This document shows positions 8,493-17,226 of a stretch of 64,000 bases of DNA, piece by piece. The translations under genes were made by a program, and so were the position numbers. Where the stretch lies: IMG/VR virus record IMGVR_UViG_3300046660_000385, positions 1-64,000 of that record; one strand, written 5' to 3'. Source of the DNA: a virus. The notes beneath the pieces are model-generated. The model saw nothing but the letters and a program-made list of their open reading frames with translations, was not told the DNA's origin and did not search any database. Each line of letters opens with the position of its first letter. The stretch's first letter is position 1.

Positions 8493-9373
8493 CAGTCGAA
8501 CAGCGGCCAGATCAGTTCTTTCGGAGCGCGCACCTGGGTCAGCGTCTTGCGTTCCAGGTGCGCCAGGATCGCGTTCTGGGTGCGGCGCATCACCTCGTCG
8601 CGTTCGGCCATGCCGGTCACGCGCCCGTTGTTCAGCAGCGCGTCGCGGAACTTGATGATGCTCTGGTGGTGGGTCTTGGTCATCACGCCCGTCAGCAGCA
8701 CGTTGGCGAAGGTGTTCAGCTCCGTTTCCGCCACGCCGGCGTGGTGCGCCAGCGCGATCGCGCCCATCACCGGGATGGTGGTCAGGTGCTTGCGGATGGC
8801 GCCGCCGAACACGTCGAGTGCGAACTCGTACGGCTCGCGGTACTGCAGCAGGCGCGCGGCCATGTTGGCGTCGCTGTGCACGGCGTGGTGTGCGCAGGTC
8901 TGCTTGACCAGCGCGATCTGGCTGGAGGTGACGATCCCGCAGGCGCCCGAGATCGTGAGGGCGTCGGCCTGGCTGCGCGTCACGCCGCGGTCGACCGCGT
9001 GCGCCTCCTCGCGCGGGAAGCCGTAGGTGACGAATACCGGCACCGCCACGCCGGCGCGCTTGATCGCTTCGAGCCGGTGCTGGCCGTCGCAGATGTCGCC
9101 GGTCGTGTAGAAACAGATGCCCTGGTGCGTCACCGTCCACAGCCCGGCGCGGATGTCGTCGCACAGCTTGCGCACGCCGGCGTCCTTGAGCCTGCGGTTG
9201 ATGGTGTTGATGCGCAGCGCCTCGGCGGCCCATTCGGGCGTGACCATGACCAGCTGCGGCGCGGTCAGGTGCGGCACCTGCAGGCCCGGCTGCAGCTGCG
9301 CGAACCGGCCCAGCGGCGCCGGCGTCACGTTGTTCTGCGGGGGCAAGGCAAAGCGTTCGAGGATGCTGGTCAT
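8492..9373 (-). CDS. ParB/Srx-fold protein with DGQHR motif
   Basis: VTPEWA...NT.NRRL...G.W..T.QGI.F...G...DGQHRLEAI; ATG 9373 has RBS AAGGA (alternative start 9436). Confidence 0.75.
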   Translation of the reverse strand: MTSILERFALPPQNNVTPAPLGRFAQLQPGLQVPHLTAPQLVMVTPEWAAEALRINTINRRLKDAGVRKLCDDIRAGLWTVTHQGICFYTTGDICDGQHRLEAIKRAGVAVPVFVTYGFPREEAHAVDRGVTRSQADALTISGACGIVTSSQIALVKQTCAHHAVHSDANMAARLLQYREPYEFALDVFGGAIRKHLTTIPVMGAIALAHHAGVAETELNTFANVLLTGVMTKTHHQSIIKFRDALLNNGRVTGMAERDEVMRRTQNAILAHLERKTLTQVRAPKELIWPLFD

Positions 9374-9435
9374 GGTGGTCGGTTCCTTGTGGTGGGGGCC
9401 GGTCGCGGCCGGCGTGAATGTCAGGGGCATCTGCA

Positions 9436-9846
9436 TCAGCGAACCAGCGGCTCTACGCCTTCCGCCTCCATGTCGTCGACCGCGATCTTCAAGGCCTTGT
9501 GCAGCCGGTCGACCAGCAGCGGCACGGTCTGCTCCGGGACCGACAGGCCGCGCGCCAGCACCCAGGCGATGGCGTCGGCCAGGTAGGCGAACGTGGCGCC
9601 GATGCGCACCGCGAGCGGCCCGATGTCATCTTCCAGCCCGCTGATGTCGATCTTGGCCAGCGCCTTGTACTGGTCGATCGGCAGCGACTCGAACATGGCC
9701 TCGAAGAAGCAGGCGAAGCACGGCATGCCGTTGGCGTCGCGCTCGATGACGGTCAAGCCCTCGGGCGGGGCCGTCTCGTCGTGGTCGTGCTTGACGAAGA
9801 AGCCGCTGTGAAAGCTCGGCAGCTCCGGGATCGGGTCAGTGGGCAT
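9436..9846 (-). CDS. Acidic CxxC hypothetical protein, paralog of 9836-10180
   Basis: NGMPCFACFFEAMFESL. Confidence 0.7.
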   Translation of the reverse strand: MPTDPIPELPSFHSGFFVKHDHDETAPPEGLTVIERDANGMPCFACFFEAMFESLPIDQYKALAKIDISGLEDDIGPLAVRIGATFAYLADAIAWVLARGLSVPEQTVPLLVDRLHKALKIAVDDMEAEGVEPLVR

Positions 9847-10180
9847 GGTTTCCTTTCGGCGCCAGGATCAGCGCGATCATGTGGTCGATGCGTTCGTGGA
9901 ACGGCTCCATCAGTTCGGGCGCGTTCTCGCCAGCGATCTGGATCGCCAGGTGCGCGACCGAGTCGGCCACCGTGGCCCAGGCGGCGCCGACGCGGCGCAT
10001 GTACTCGACCGCTTCCGGGTCCTCGCCGTCGAGGTCGTCGGCGTCAAGCGGGATGGTGCCCAGCTCGTCGTCGGTCAGGGAATCGAACACCGCGCCGAAG
10101 TAGCAGCCGAAGCACGGCTTGCCGTTGTCCTCCGGGTGGTACACGATCTCGTCGCCCGGGTCGTGCTCTTGGTCGTTCAT
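9836..10180 (-). CDS. Acidic CxxC hypothetical protein, paralog of 9436-9846
   Basis: NGKPCFGCYFGAVFDSL. Confidence 0.7.
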   Translation of the reverse strand: MNDQEHDPGDEIVYHPEDNGKPCFGCYFGAVFDSLTDDELGTIPLDADDLDGEDPEAVEYMRRVGAAWATVADSVAHLAIQIAGENAPELMEPFHERIDHMIALILAPKGNHAH

Positions 10181-10824
10181 GGCGTTCCTTTGTTGTTGGG
10201 GTAATCGCGCAGGGCGCGCTCGGCCTTGGTCAGGCGCCGGACCTTGCCCTTGTGGGGCACCATGCGTTCAGCCGGGAAGCCGGTCGGCGGCAGCTTGTAG
10301 AACTGGCGCAGCAGGACGAACTGCTCGCGGGTCGGGACCAGCTCGCCGAACTCGAAGCGGCTGATGTCCCATTGCTTCACGCCCAGCGCGCGCGCGACGT
10401 CGGCCTGGCGCAGGACGCGGTCCGCGCTCCATCGCGCCGCCTCGAGCTGGGCCGGGGTCAGGCCGACGTCGTCCAGCGCTTCGAGTTCCAGCTCGACCTG
10501 CGCCGGCTGCACGTTGGCCGCGATCCAGGCCTCGTGCTCCTCGGGGTCCGGGAACCGTGGCGGTGGCGGCGCCGGCGGCGTCAGGCGCACCTCCTGCGGC
10601 TGGCCGGCCTGCACCGCCTTGAGCTTGGCGTAGAACAGGTTCTCCCAGCGCATCACGACGCTGGGTCCGGCGGATTCGCCCAGCACCTGGGCGGCCGCCA
10701 GTGCCAGCTGGTCCATGAAATAACCGGCGGCGGCGCCGTAGTCGAACGGGTCCGGGTTCCTGGCCGACAGCTTGGCCAGGTGCTGCTGCAGGAAGCGTTC
10801 GGGGTCATTCAGATCGCGGCTCAT
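10177..10824 (-). CDS. Protein with C-terminal XRE HTH
   Basis: LRQADVARALGVKQWDISRFEFGELVP; start ATG 10824. Confidence 0.7.
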   Translation of the reverse strand: MSRDLNDPERFLQQHLAKLSARNPDPFDYGAAAGYFMDQLALAAAQVLGESAGPSVVMRWENLFYAKLKAVQAGQPQEVRLTPPAPPPPRFPDPEEHEAWIAANVQPAQVELELEALDDVGLTPAQLEAARWSADRVLRQADVARALGVKQWDISRFEFGELVPTREQFVLLRQFYKLPPTGFPAERMVPHKGKVRRLTKAERALRDYPNNKGTP

Positions 10825-10840
10825 GGCGTCCCCTTTGTTA

Positions 10841-11272
10841 TCAAAAAGGCACATCCGAGTCTTGATAGGCCGGCTGGGCTGCCGGGCGCGGGGCCTGCGC
10901 CGGACGGGCCGGGGCGCCGCTGCCGGCACCGGCGCCACCGCCGCCGCCGAGCATCTGCATGTTCTCGGCCACGATGTCGGTCGCGTACTTCTCGACGCCA
11001 TCCTTGTCGGTGTACTTGCGGGTCTGCAGGCGGCCCTCGACGTACACGCTCGAACCCTTCTTGAGGTACTGGCCGACGATCTCGGCCAGCTTGCCGAAGA
11101 AGGAAATGCGGTGCCATTCGGTCAGTTCCTTGGCTTCGCCGGTGTTCTTGTCCTTGGACTTGAAGGAGGTGGCGACGGCGATGTTGGCGATCGGGTCGCC
11201 GCTGGGCATGTAGCGCATTTCGGGGTCGCGGCCCAGGTTGCCGACGATGATGACCTTGTTGACAGATGCCAT
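10841..11272 (-). CDS. ssb: Single-stranded DNA-binding protein
   Basis: [18 protein letters not shown]...TEWHRI...[11 protein letters not shown]; acidic tip DSDVPF. Confidence 0.97.
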   Translation of the reverse strand: MASVNKVIIVGNLGRDPEMRYMPSGDPIANIAVATSFKSKDKNTGEAKELTEWHRISFFGKLAEIVGQYLKKGSSVYVEGRLQTRKYTDKDGVEKYATDIVAENMQMLGGGGGAGAGSGAPARPAQAPRPAAQPAYQDSDVPF

Positions 11273-11298
11273 GTTGATTCCTTTGCGGTTGAGGGTGG

Positions 11299-12054
11299 TC
11301 AGTGCAGGAGGCCGTGCTCGGCCCGGATGCGCGCGACGATCGCGTCGAGGTAGGCGCGCGCCGCCGTGACGCGGCGCGCGATCCTGTCCTCGATCGCGCG
11401 GTCGCGCAGGTAGGTGATGGTGGTGATGCGCAGCTCGATCGGCAGCGGTTCCTCGCGCAGCTCGGAGACGTCGAACTGGTGCAGGTGCGGGTTCTCGTAG
11501 CCGATCAGTTCCTCGGGCGTGTCGACCAGGCAGTACGCGACCTCGGCCTGCTCGCAATCCCACAGCCACATGTAGCCGCGCATCTGCCACTCGTACTCGG
11601 TCTTGTGCGCCTGGGCCGACAGGGCCGGGAAAGTGGCCAGCGACCACGACGACTTGATGTCGATGATCTTCTCGCCCGTAAAGATGTCGCACTCGCCGGT
11701 GATGTACTCGTTGGTGCGGCGCTCCTTGTTCTTGCGGTAGGACGTGAAGAAGCGCTCGTTGTACAGCGCGATCGACTCGTCCTCGACGATGATTCCCTTC
11801 TGCGTGTACTTCGAGTGCACGATGTTGGTGTAGCCGTACACGTACTCCTGGGCCAGGTCCTCGAGGTAGGACCTGGCGCCGGCCGACAGGGTGCTGTCGA
11901 ACAGCGGCGCCAGGATCGCGCGGTCCTCGTCGGTTTTCGCCTTCTTGGCCGCGAGCGCGGCCAGCTCGGGGGTGGTGAGGAGCAGCGGGTCGATCGCCTT
12001 CGGGTCGGCCATCAGGGTATGCAGCGACGAGCAGCGGAAGTGAAAGCCGTTCAC
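11299..12054 (-). CDS. YqaJ/lambda-exonuclease-like PD-(D/E)xK nuclease
   Basis: FRCSSL...KG...E...GECD...IIDIKSSW...[11 protein letters not shown]. Confidence 0.8.
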   Translation of the reverse strand: MNGFHFRCSSLHTLMADPKAIDPLLLTTPELAALAAKKAKTDEDRAILAPLFDSTLSAGARSYLEDLAQEYVYGYTNIVHSKYTQKGIIVEDESIALYNERFFTSYRKNKERRTNEYITGECDIFTGEKIIDIKSSWSLATFPALSAQAHKTEYEWQMRGYMWLWDCEQAEVAYCLVDTPEELIGYENPHLHQFDVSELREEPLPIELRITTITYLRDRAIEDRIARRVTAARAYLDAIVARIRAEHGLLH

Positions 12055-12590
12055 GCGTTCTCCTGCGGCGCGTCAGCTGCCGGGGCGGCCTGGTCGCCGG
12101 CCAGTTCGGCCTCGACGGCGGCCAGGCGGCTTGCCTGTTCGGGCGTCAGGGCGTACTTCACGCGCAGCGTCTCGGCGGCGAACTCGCCTTTCTTGACGGC
12201 GGCCAGGGCCTTGTCCATGCGCGCCTCGGGCAGCGCCGGCTTCACCTCGGCCGGGATCTTGGTGCGGATGCGCAGGCACTCGACCATTTCGCTGCCCAGC
12301 TTGGTCGTGCTGGCGTACAGCGTGATGCGCTTGCCGGACCAGTCCTCGATGTACGGGCCGTACAGCTTCTCGATCGTCTTGCTGTTGGTCGAGTTCAGGA
12401 TCAGCGGCTTCGTCTCGACCATGTAGGCCAGCGAATGGTCCTCTTTCTTGCCGCCCATCATCGTGACCGTCTCTTTCTGGACGTAGTTGATGGTGACGGT
12501 CATGTCCTCGCCGTTGGGCAGGGCGTAGACGCCGAGGAAGCGCGGGTCGATCAGCTGCTTCCAATGGGTTTTCGTGACGGGCGCGTTCAT
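12051..12590 (-). CDS. Conserved phage protein in recombinase position
   Basis: THWK...FLG...[27 protein letters not shown]...CLRIR; coupled to exonuclease and ssb. Confidence 0.7.
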   Translation of the reverse strand: MNAPVTKTHWKQLIDPRFLGVYALPNGEDMTVTINYVQKETVTMMGGKKEDHSLAYMVETKPLILNSTNSKTIEKLYGPYIEDWSGKRITLYASTTKLGSEMVECLRIRTKIPAEVKPALPEARMDKALAAVKKGEFAAETLRVKYALTPEQASRLAAVEAELAGDQAAPAADAPQENA

Positions 12591-13000
12591 TGCAGCGCCT
12601 CCAGGTCGACCATGCTGGCGATGACGGCCGCGTCGACCAGGGCGCCGATGCGGCTGCCGCGGCGGCGCTCGATCAGGTCGGCCTCGATCATGTCCAGCCT
12701 GGCCTGCGGCAGGCGCTCGTAGATGTCGGCGCCGCTGCTGACGATCACGCGCAGGGTGCGGTCGCGCGTTTCCAGCACGATCGGGTGCGTGGCCAGCACG
12801 CGCTTGAAGTCGAATTCCTCGGGCAGGCCGGGGTCGCCCGGGTCGCCCAGGCCGGCCGGACGCGCCGGGTAGCCCGGTTCATAGGTGAATTCGACGTCGA
12901 GCACGACCGAGCCGCCGAAGTGCGCCGGTTCGCTTTCGTGCTCGTGCGGGCCGACGGCCAGCGTCAGTCCATGCAGCGTGTAGGGTGCGGAATAGTCCAA
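12587..13000 (-). CDS. Hypothetical protein, first gene of leftward operon
   Basis: TTG start with RBS AGGAG. Confidence 0.65.
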   Translation of the reverse strand: MDYSAPYTLHGLTLAVGPHEHESEPAHFGGSVVLDVEFTYEPGYPARPAGLGDPGDPGLPEEFDFKRVLATHPIVLETRDRTLRVIVSSGADIYERLPQARLDMIEADLIERRRGSRIGALVDAAVIASMVDLEALQ

Positions 13001-13036
13001 CTGACGGCTCCTGTTTGCGGTGGGAAACAGGAACCA

Positions 13037-13095
13037 GTCTATTAAAGTCTGACTTTAATTTACAAGGGAAACTTTGATCTTTTCAGCAAAACTTT
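13037..13095 (-). promoter_or_regulatory. PL/OL-like promoter-operator
   Basis: TTGTAA-18-TAGACT on minus strand; palindrome ATTAAAGTC-T-GACTTTAAT (13041-13059) and further AAG-N5-CTT boxes. Confidence 0.7.
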
Positions 13096-13194
13096 AGATT
13101 ACAGTTCAGTACACTTGTTGTGCAAACGCAAAGCTCCGAGCCTGTGTTGGCGAGAGGTGCGAGCTGACGAGCTTGTCTGAGACGCGTTGAGGCG

Positions 13195-13220
13195 AAAAAA
13201 AAGCCGGCTTGTGGCCGGCT
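13195..13220 (-). terminator. Intrinsic terminator downstream of cI
   Basis: AGCCGGC-loop-GCCGGCT followed by T run on minus strand. Confidence 0.75.
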
Positions 13221-13247
13221 CCTCCTGGTGGCGTGAGGGGATCGGCG

Positions 13248-13877
13248 CTAGAGCGCTCCCTGTTGCGCCACGACTCTGCCGATGGTCTTGACGGCGGTGG
13301 CCGGCACCAGCTGCTCGGGCATGTTGGCGCGGTCGGCGCAGACCCGCACCATGCCGTCGAGCTGGATGAACAGACGGCGCACCTTGAGGCCGGCCGGGGT
13401 GTCGAGCAGGAACACCTTGTCGTCCTTCAGCTCGGTCTGCTTCAGGTCGATGAGCAGCTGGCTGCCCATGTTCATGCTGTCGTCCTCGTTGATGAATACG
13501 CGGCAGTGTTCGGGCGCGACCCCGAGCGTATGCAGGAAATCCCTGCGATAGGCAAAGCTGTTGTGGTCGTCGGCCAGACCGCCAACTTCGTGGTGATGTT
13601 GCACTGCTATGCCCCCTTCCTTATCGGTCCCTAGCAACCTTACCAAGGTATATTTTTCCGCTAATGGAACATTAACATCAATTCCCGCTGACAAGTATTC
13701 CGTTGTTGTTTTTAATACTTCTGCAATTGTTTTCAACCGATGATACGACGGCATCGCTTTAAGTTCCTCCCACCCATAGACGGCCTGCTGCGTCACTCCA
13801 CACAGATCTCCTAGTTGCACACGACTCAGTTCTAGTTCCTCACGGCGACGCTTTATGCGGTCATGGATCGTTGGCAT
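13248..13877 (-). CDS. cI: CI-like repressor (XRE HTH + degenerate S24 domain)
   Basis: RIKRRREELELSRVQLGDLCGVTQQAVYGWE HTH; C-terminal DDSM...LLID...KVRRL; divergent from cro-like gene. Confidence 0.88.
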   Translation of the reverse strand: MPTIHDRIKRRREELELSRVQLGDLCGVTQQAVYGWEELKAMPSYHRLKTIAEVLKTTTEYLSAGIDVNVPLAEKYTLVRLLGTDKEGGIAVQHHHEVGGLADDHNSFAYRRDFLHTLGVAPEHCRVFINEDDSMNMGSQLLIDLKQTELKDDKVFLLDTPAGLKVRRLFIQLDGMVRVCADRANMPEQLVPATAVKTIGRVVAQQGAL

Positions 13878-13940
13878 GGTGTTTCCCTTCGTTCTAGTAG
13901 TGGTGACTTCCTAACGCGCAACATAACACAGGCGGTTCTA

Positions 13941-13998
13941 TAAGCGGCGCTTGATTCCTTAAAGTTTCACTTGTAATTTAAAGTGTTGCTTGTAGAAT
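13941..13998 (+). promoter_or_regulatory. OR/PR-like region with three operators
   Basis: AAG-N5-CTTG at 13942, 13962, 13981; TTGTAA-16-TAGAAT ending 7 nt before ATG 14006 (probably leaderless). Confidence 0.72.
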
Positions 13999-14005
13999 CT
14001 ATCCC

Positions 14006-14578
14006 ATGAAAAAACTTTCCGCACGGATGCGCGCCGCCCGCCGGCACCGCGAACAGGAGTTTCTGGGTGTCGCCGCCAACAAGGTCGGCTCGTACAGCGC
14101 GCTGGCCCGCGAACTGGGCGTGTCGGCCCAGGCCGTGCATCAGTGGTCCCGGAAAGGCACCCCGCTCCGCCGCTGCAGCGGGATCGAGCGCGCCAGCGAG
14201 GGCGTGGTCCAGTGCGAACAGCTCAACGAGGACTACAACCTGATCGAGGTCCGGCCCTACCGCCACACCCCGCCGACCAACGCGATCTATATCTCCGGTC
14301 CGATGACCGGCAAGGTCGACCTGAACCGTCCCGCCTTCAACGCCGAAGCGGCGCGCCTGCGCAACCTGGGCTACCGCGTCGTCAACCCGGCCGAGTTCGA
14401 GCTGGCGCCGGACACCACCTGGGCCGGCTACATGCGCCACGACATCATCGCCATGCTGACCCACTGCGACACGCTGGTTGTCCTGCCGGGCTGGAACCGC
14501 TCGAAGGGCGCCCAGCTCGAGGTGTACCTGGCGCGCCAGCTGGAACTGCGCGTCGTGAAAGCCGGTGCGCTCAAATGA
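14006..14578 (+). CDS. Cro/YdaS-like HTH fused to DUF4406 (nucleoside deoxyribosyltransferase-like) domain
   Basis: GSYSALARELGVSAQAVHQW...IERASEGVV..EQL then IYISGPMTG..DLNRPAF...VVNPAE...YMR.DI...CD....LPGW..SKGA.LE. Confidence 0.82.
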   Translation: MKKLSARMRAARRHREQEFLGVAANKVGSYSALARELGVSAQAVHQWSRKGTPLRRCSGIERASEGVVQCEQLNEDYNLIEVRPYRHTPPTNAIYISGPMTGKVDLNRPAFNAEAARLRNLGYRVVNPAEFELAPDTTWAGYMRHDIIAMLTHCDTLVVLPGWNRSKGAQLEVYLARQLELRVVKAGALK

Positions 14579-14979
14579 AGCGCACCTCGATTCTCAAGCG
14601 CACCGGGTTCGTCACCCGGGCGCGTGAAAAACAGCCCAAGTCGCGCGCCAGGACCGGCCTGAAAAGCCGCCAGCGCGCCGTCAGCGCGGTCGAGGCCGCG
14701 TACTGGGACCGCCTGGCCCGCGAGATCGGCTGCATCGCCTGCCGCGTGGCCGGCCTGGCGACGTCCGACTACGTGTCGATCCACCACATCGACGGCAGGA
14801 CCAAGCCGGGCTGCCACATGAACGTCCTGCCCCTTTGCGCCGGCCACCATCAACAGGGCACCGGCAACGACCAGAGCCTGGTGGCCGTGCATCCGAACAA
14901 GGCCAGGTTCGAGGCCCTGTACGGCACGCAGGAGGAGCTGCGCGCGCTGTGCAACGAGAAGCTGGGGGTCAACCCATGA
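14575..14979 (+). CDS. ref: Ref-family (recombination enhancement) HNH-like nuclease
   Basis: Basic N-terminus, GCIAC...IHHIDGRTKP..H..VLPLC.GHHQ...H..KARFE..YGT. Confidence 0.8.
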   Translation: MKRTSILKRTGFVTRAREKQPKSRARTGLKSRQRAVSAVEAAYWDRLAREIGCIACRVAGLATSDYVSIHHIDGRTKPGCHMNVLPLCAGHHQQGTGNDQSLVAVHPNKARFEALYGTQEELRALCNEKLGVNP

Positions 14980-15407
14980 TGAGCCGCGAGAAAGCCGCGC
15001 AGTATTTCATCGTCGCCTGGGTCAAGGAATGGACCCTGCGCACCTACCTGGAGGTCGTGACCGATGGCGGCCCCGAGATCCGGTTCGAGCATGCGCAGGC
15101 GCTGTACCCCTGGCTTCCCGATTCCTGGCCATTTGCGGCCAACCACCGCGTCCGCACCTTCCTGGCCGAGGCGAACCGCCCACTGTCCGACGCGCTCTGG
15201 GATGCCGCCGACAACCGCGCCCGCCTGGCGCTCGCGCCGCAGGTCGAGGCGTTCGTGTGCACCAGCTACTCGCGGGCCTATGTCGAGGAGGCCCGTTCGG
15301 CGGCATCCAAGGCGCAAAGCCGGATGAACGTCAAACGGCTCCTGATTAAGGCCGACATCGAGGACAAGCGCCGCAAGAACGGCTACCACTGGCAGGTGTG
15401 CAAATGA
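14976..15407 (+). CDS. Hypothetical protein
   Basis: ATGA-coupled ORF, typical codon bias. Confidence 0.65.
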   Translation: MMSREKAAQYFIVAWVKEWTLRTYLEVVTDGGPEIRFEHAQALYPWLPDSWPFAANHRVRTFLAEANRPLSDALWDAADNRARLALAPQVEAFVCTSYSRAYVEEARSAASKAQSRMNVKRLLIKADIEDKRRKNGYHWQVCK

Positions 15408-15733
15408 GCGCCGACGACCTGGACGTGCCGAGCGCCGAGGAAATGATCGACCTGCTGAAAGAGGAGGTCGAGATCCTGACCGCCCAGCTCGACGCCCTGC
15501 AGGCCGGCCACCGCGGCGACCTGCTGGCGGCCGAGATCCGCGCCCGCTTCGGCATCAAGCGCCGTCTCGACCAGGAGATCGCGCGCGGCAACGAGCTGGC
15601 GCGCGAGCGCGACAACCATAAACGCCAGCTGCAGCACCACCGCCGGCTGGTCGGCGACCTGATGGCCCTGACCGAGGCGCCCAGCGAGCACGACCTGCTG
15701 GAACGCGTGCGCAGACTGGTGCGGGGCATCTAA
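15404..15733 (+). CDS. Hypothetical coiled-coil protein
   Basis: ATGA-coupled ORF. Confidence 0.65.
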   Translation: MSADDLDVPSAEEMIDLLKEEVEILTAQLDALQAGHRGDLLAAEIRARFGIKRRLDQEIARGNELARERDNHKRQLQHHRRLVGDLMALTEAPSEHDLLERVRRLVRGI

Positions 15734-17226
15734 TGGACGACTACCGCGACCTGCGCGACTACCAGATCGACGCGATCGAAAGCATCCGCGCCGCGATCCG
15801 GGCCGGCCACCGCCGCATCTGCCTGGTGGCCCCGACCGGCTCCGGCAAGACCAAGATCGGCGCGTTCATGGTGCGCCAGACCCTGAAAAAGATGCACCGC
15901 GCCGCGTTTGTCTGCGACCGCATCAACCTGATCGACCAGACCTCGATGGTGTTCGACGCCGAGGGCATCCCGCACGGCGTGGTGCAGGGCAACCACCCGC
16001 GCGTGGCCCCCTGGGAGCGCGTGCAGGTGTGCTCGATCCAGACCGTGGCGCGCCGCGCCTGGCCCTCGGCCATCGTGATCCTGATCGACGAGTGCCACAC
16101 GATCAGCCGCGCCGTGAAGCAGCGCATGCTGGATGACGACGGCTCGACGGTGTTCATCGGCCTGACCGCCACGCCCTTCACGCGCGGCATGGACAAGATG
16201 TACGACGTCCTCATCAACGTGGCCACCACCAACGACCTGATCCGCCGTGGTTTCCTGTCGCCGTTCCGCATTTTCGCGGCGCGCGAGCCGGACATGACCG
16301 GCGTGGCGATCGTCAACGGCGAGTTCGACGTCGGCGAGACCAGCCGCCGCGCCAGCAAGGTCGTGGGCGACTGCGTGGCCGAGTACCTGCGCCTGGGCGA
16401 CGGCCGCAAGTTCATCTGCTCGGCGGTCGACACCGCCCACGTCCAGGAGCTGGAACGCCAGTTCATGGCGGCCGGCATCATGACCCGCGCCTACACCTAC
16501 CGCGAGGACGACGTCGAGCGCGCCGACGTGGTCGAGGAGTTCCGCCGCCCGGACTCGTCGATCCGGGGACTGATTACCGTGACGGCCGCGAGTAAAGGTT
16601 TTGATGTGCCCGACATTGGCGTGGTCATCATGGCGCGCCCGCTGGCGAACTCGCTCGCCGAGTACATCCAGCTGTTCGGCCGGGGCCTGCGGATCTCCGA
16701 CGGCAAGGACCACCTGATCGTGCTGGACCACTCGGGCAACTCCGAGCGCTTCTGGGACGAGTGGACCGCCTTCTTCGCCGAGGGTGCGCTGGGTTTTACG
16801 CGCGGGCGCAAGAACGGCGCCGGCAAGAACCGCGACAAGGCCGAGGCCAAGCCGATGAAGTGCCCGGCCTGCAAGAGCCTGCACCACCCGATGCCGTACT
16901 GCCCGACCTGCGGCCACGTCTACCCGCCGAAGGAGGCCGTGCGCCACGAGCCGGGCAGCCTGGTCGAGCTGCTGGCCGCGCGCGACCCCGCCGAACTGGC
17001 GGCCGACCTGTACCCGCAGCTGGTGCACGAGGCGATCCGCCGCAAGAAAGAGAACCCCGAGGCCTGGGCGAAGAACCGCTACGCCCGCCTGACCAACCAG
17101 CCGGCGCCGAAGATCGCGTTCGCCGACGTCGTGCCGGTCGAGGCCAAGCAGTACGTGCGCAACAAGCTGACCTCGCTCGACATCGCCTACGGCAAGAAGA
17201 TGGGTTTCAGGAAGGAGCGAGCCTGA
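15733..17226 (+). CDS. SF2 DExH helicase with C-terminal Zn ribbon
   Basis: LRDYQ, APTGSGKT, DECH, GLTATP, GFDVPD, Q..GRGLR, CPAC...CPTC. Confidence 0.95.
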   Translation: MDDYRDLRDYQIDAIESIRAAIRAGHRRICLVAPTGSGKTKIGAFMVRQTLKKMHRAAFVCDRINLIDQTSMVFDAEGIPHGVVQGNHPRVAPWERVQVCSIQTVARRAWPSAIVILIDECHTISRAVKQRMLDDDGSTVFIGLTATPFTRGMDKMYDVLINVATTNDLIRRGFLSPFRIFAAREPDMTGVAIVNGEFDVGETSRRASKVVGDCVAEYLRLGDGRKFICSAVDTAHVQELERQFMAAGIMTRAYTYREDDVERADVVEEFRRPDSSIRGLITVTAASKGFDVPDIGVVIMARPLANSLAEYIQLFGRGLRISDGKDHLIVLDHSGNSERFWDEWTAFFAEGALGFTRGRKNGAGKNRDKAEAKPMKCPACKSLHHPMPYCPTCGHVYPPKEAVRHEPGSLVELLAARDPAELAADLYPQLVHEAIRRKKENPEAWAKNRYARLTNQPAPKIAFADVVPVEAKQYVRNKLTSLDIAYGKKMGFRKERA

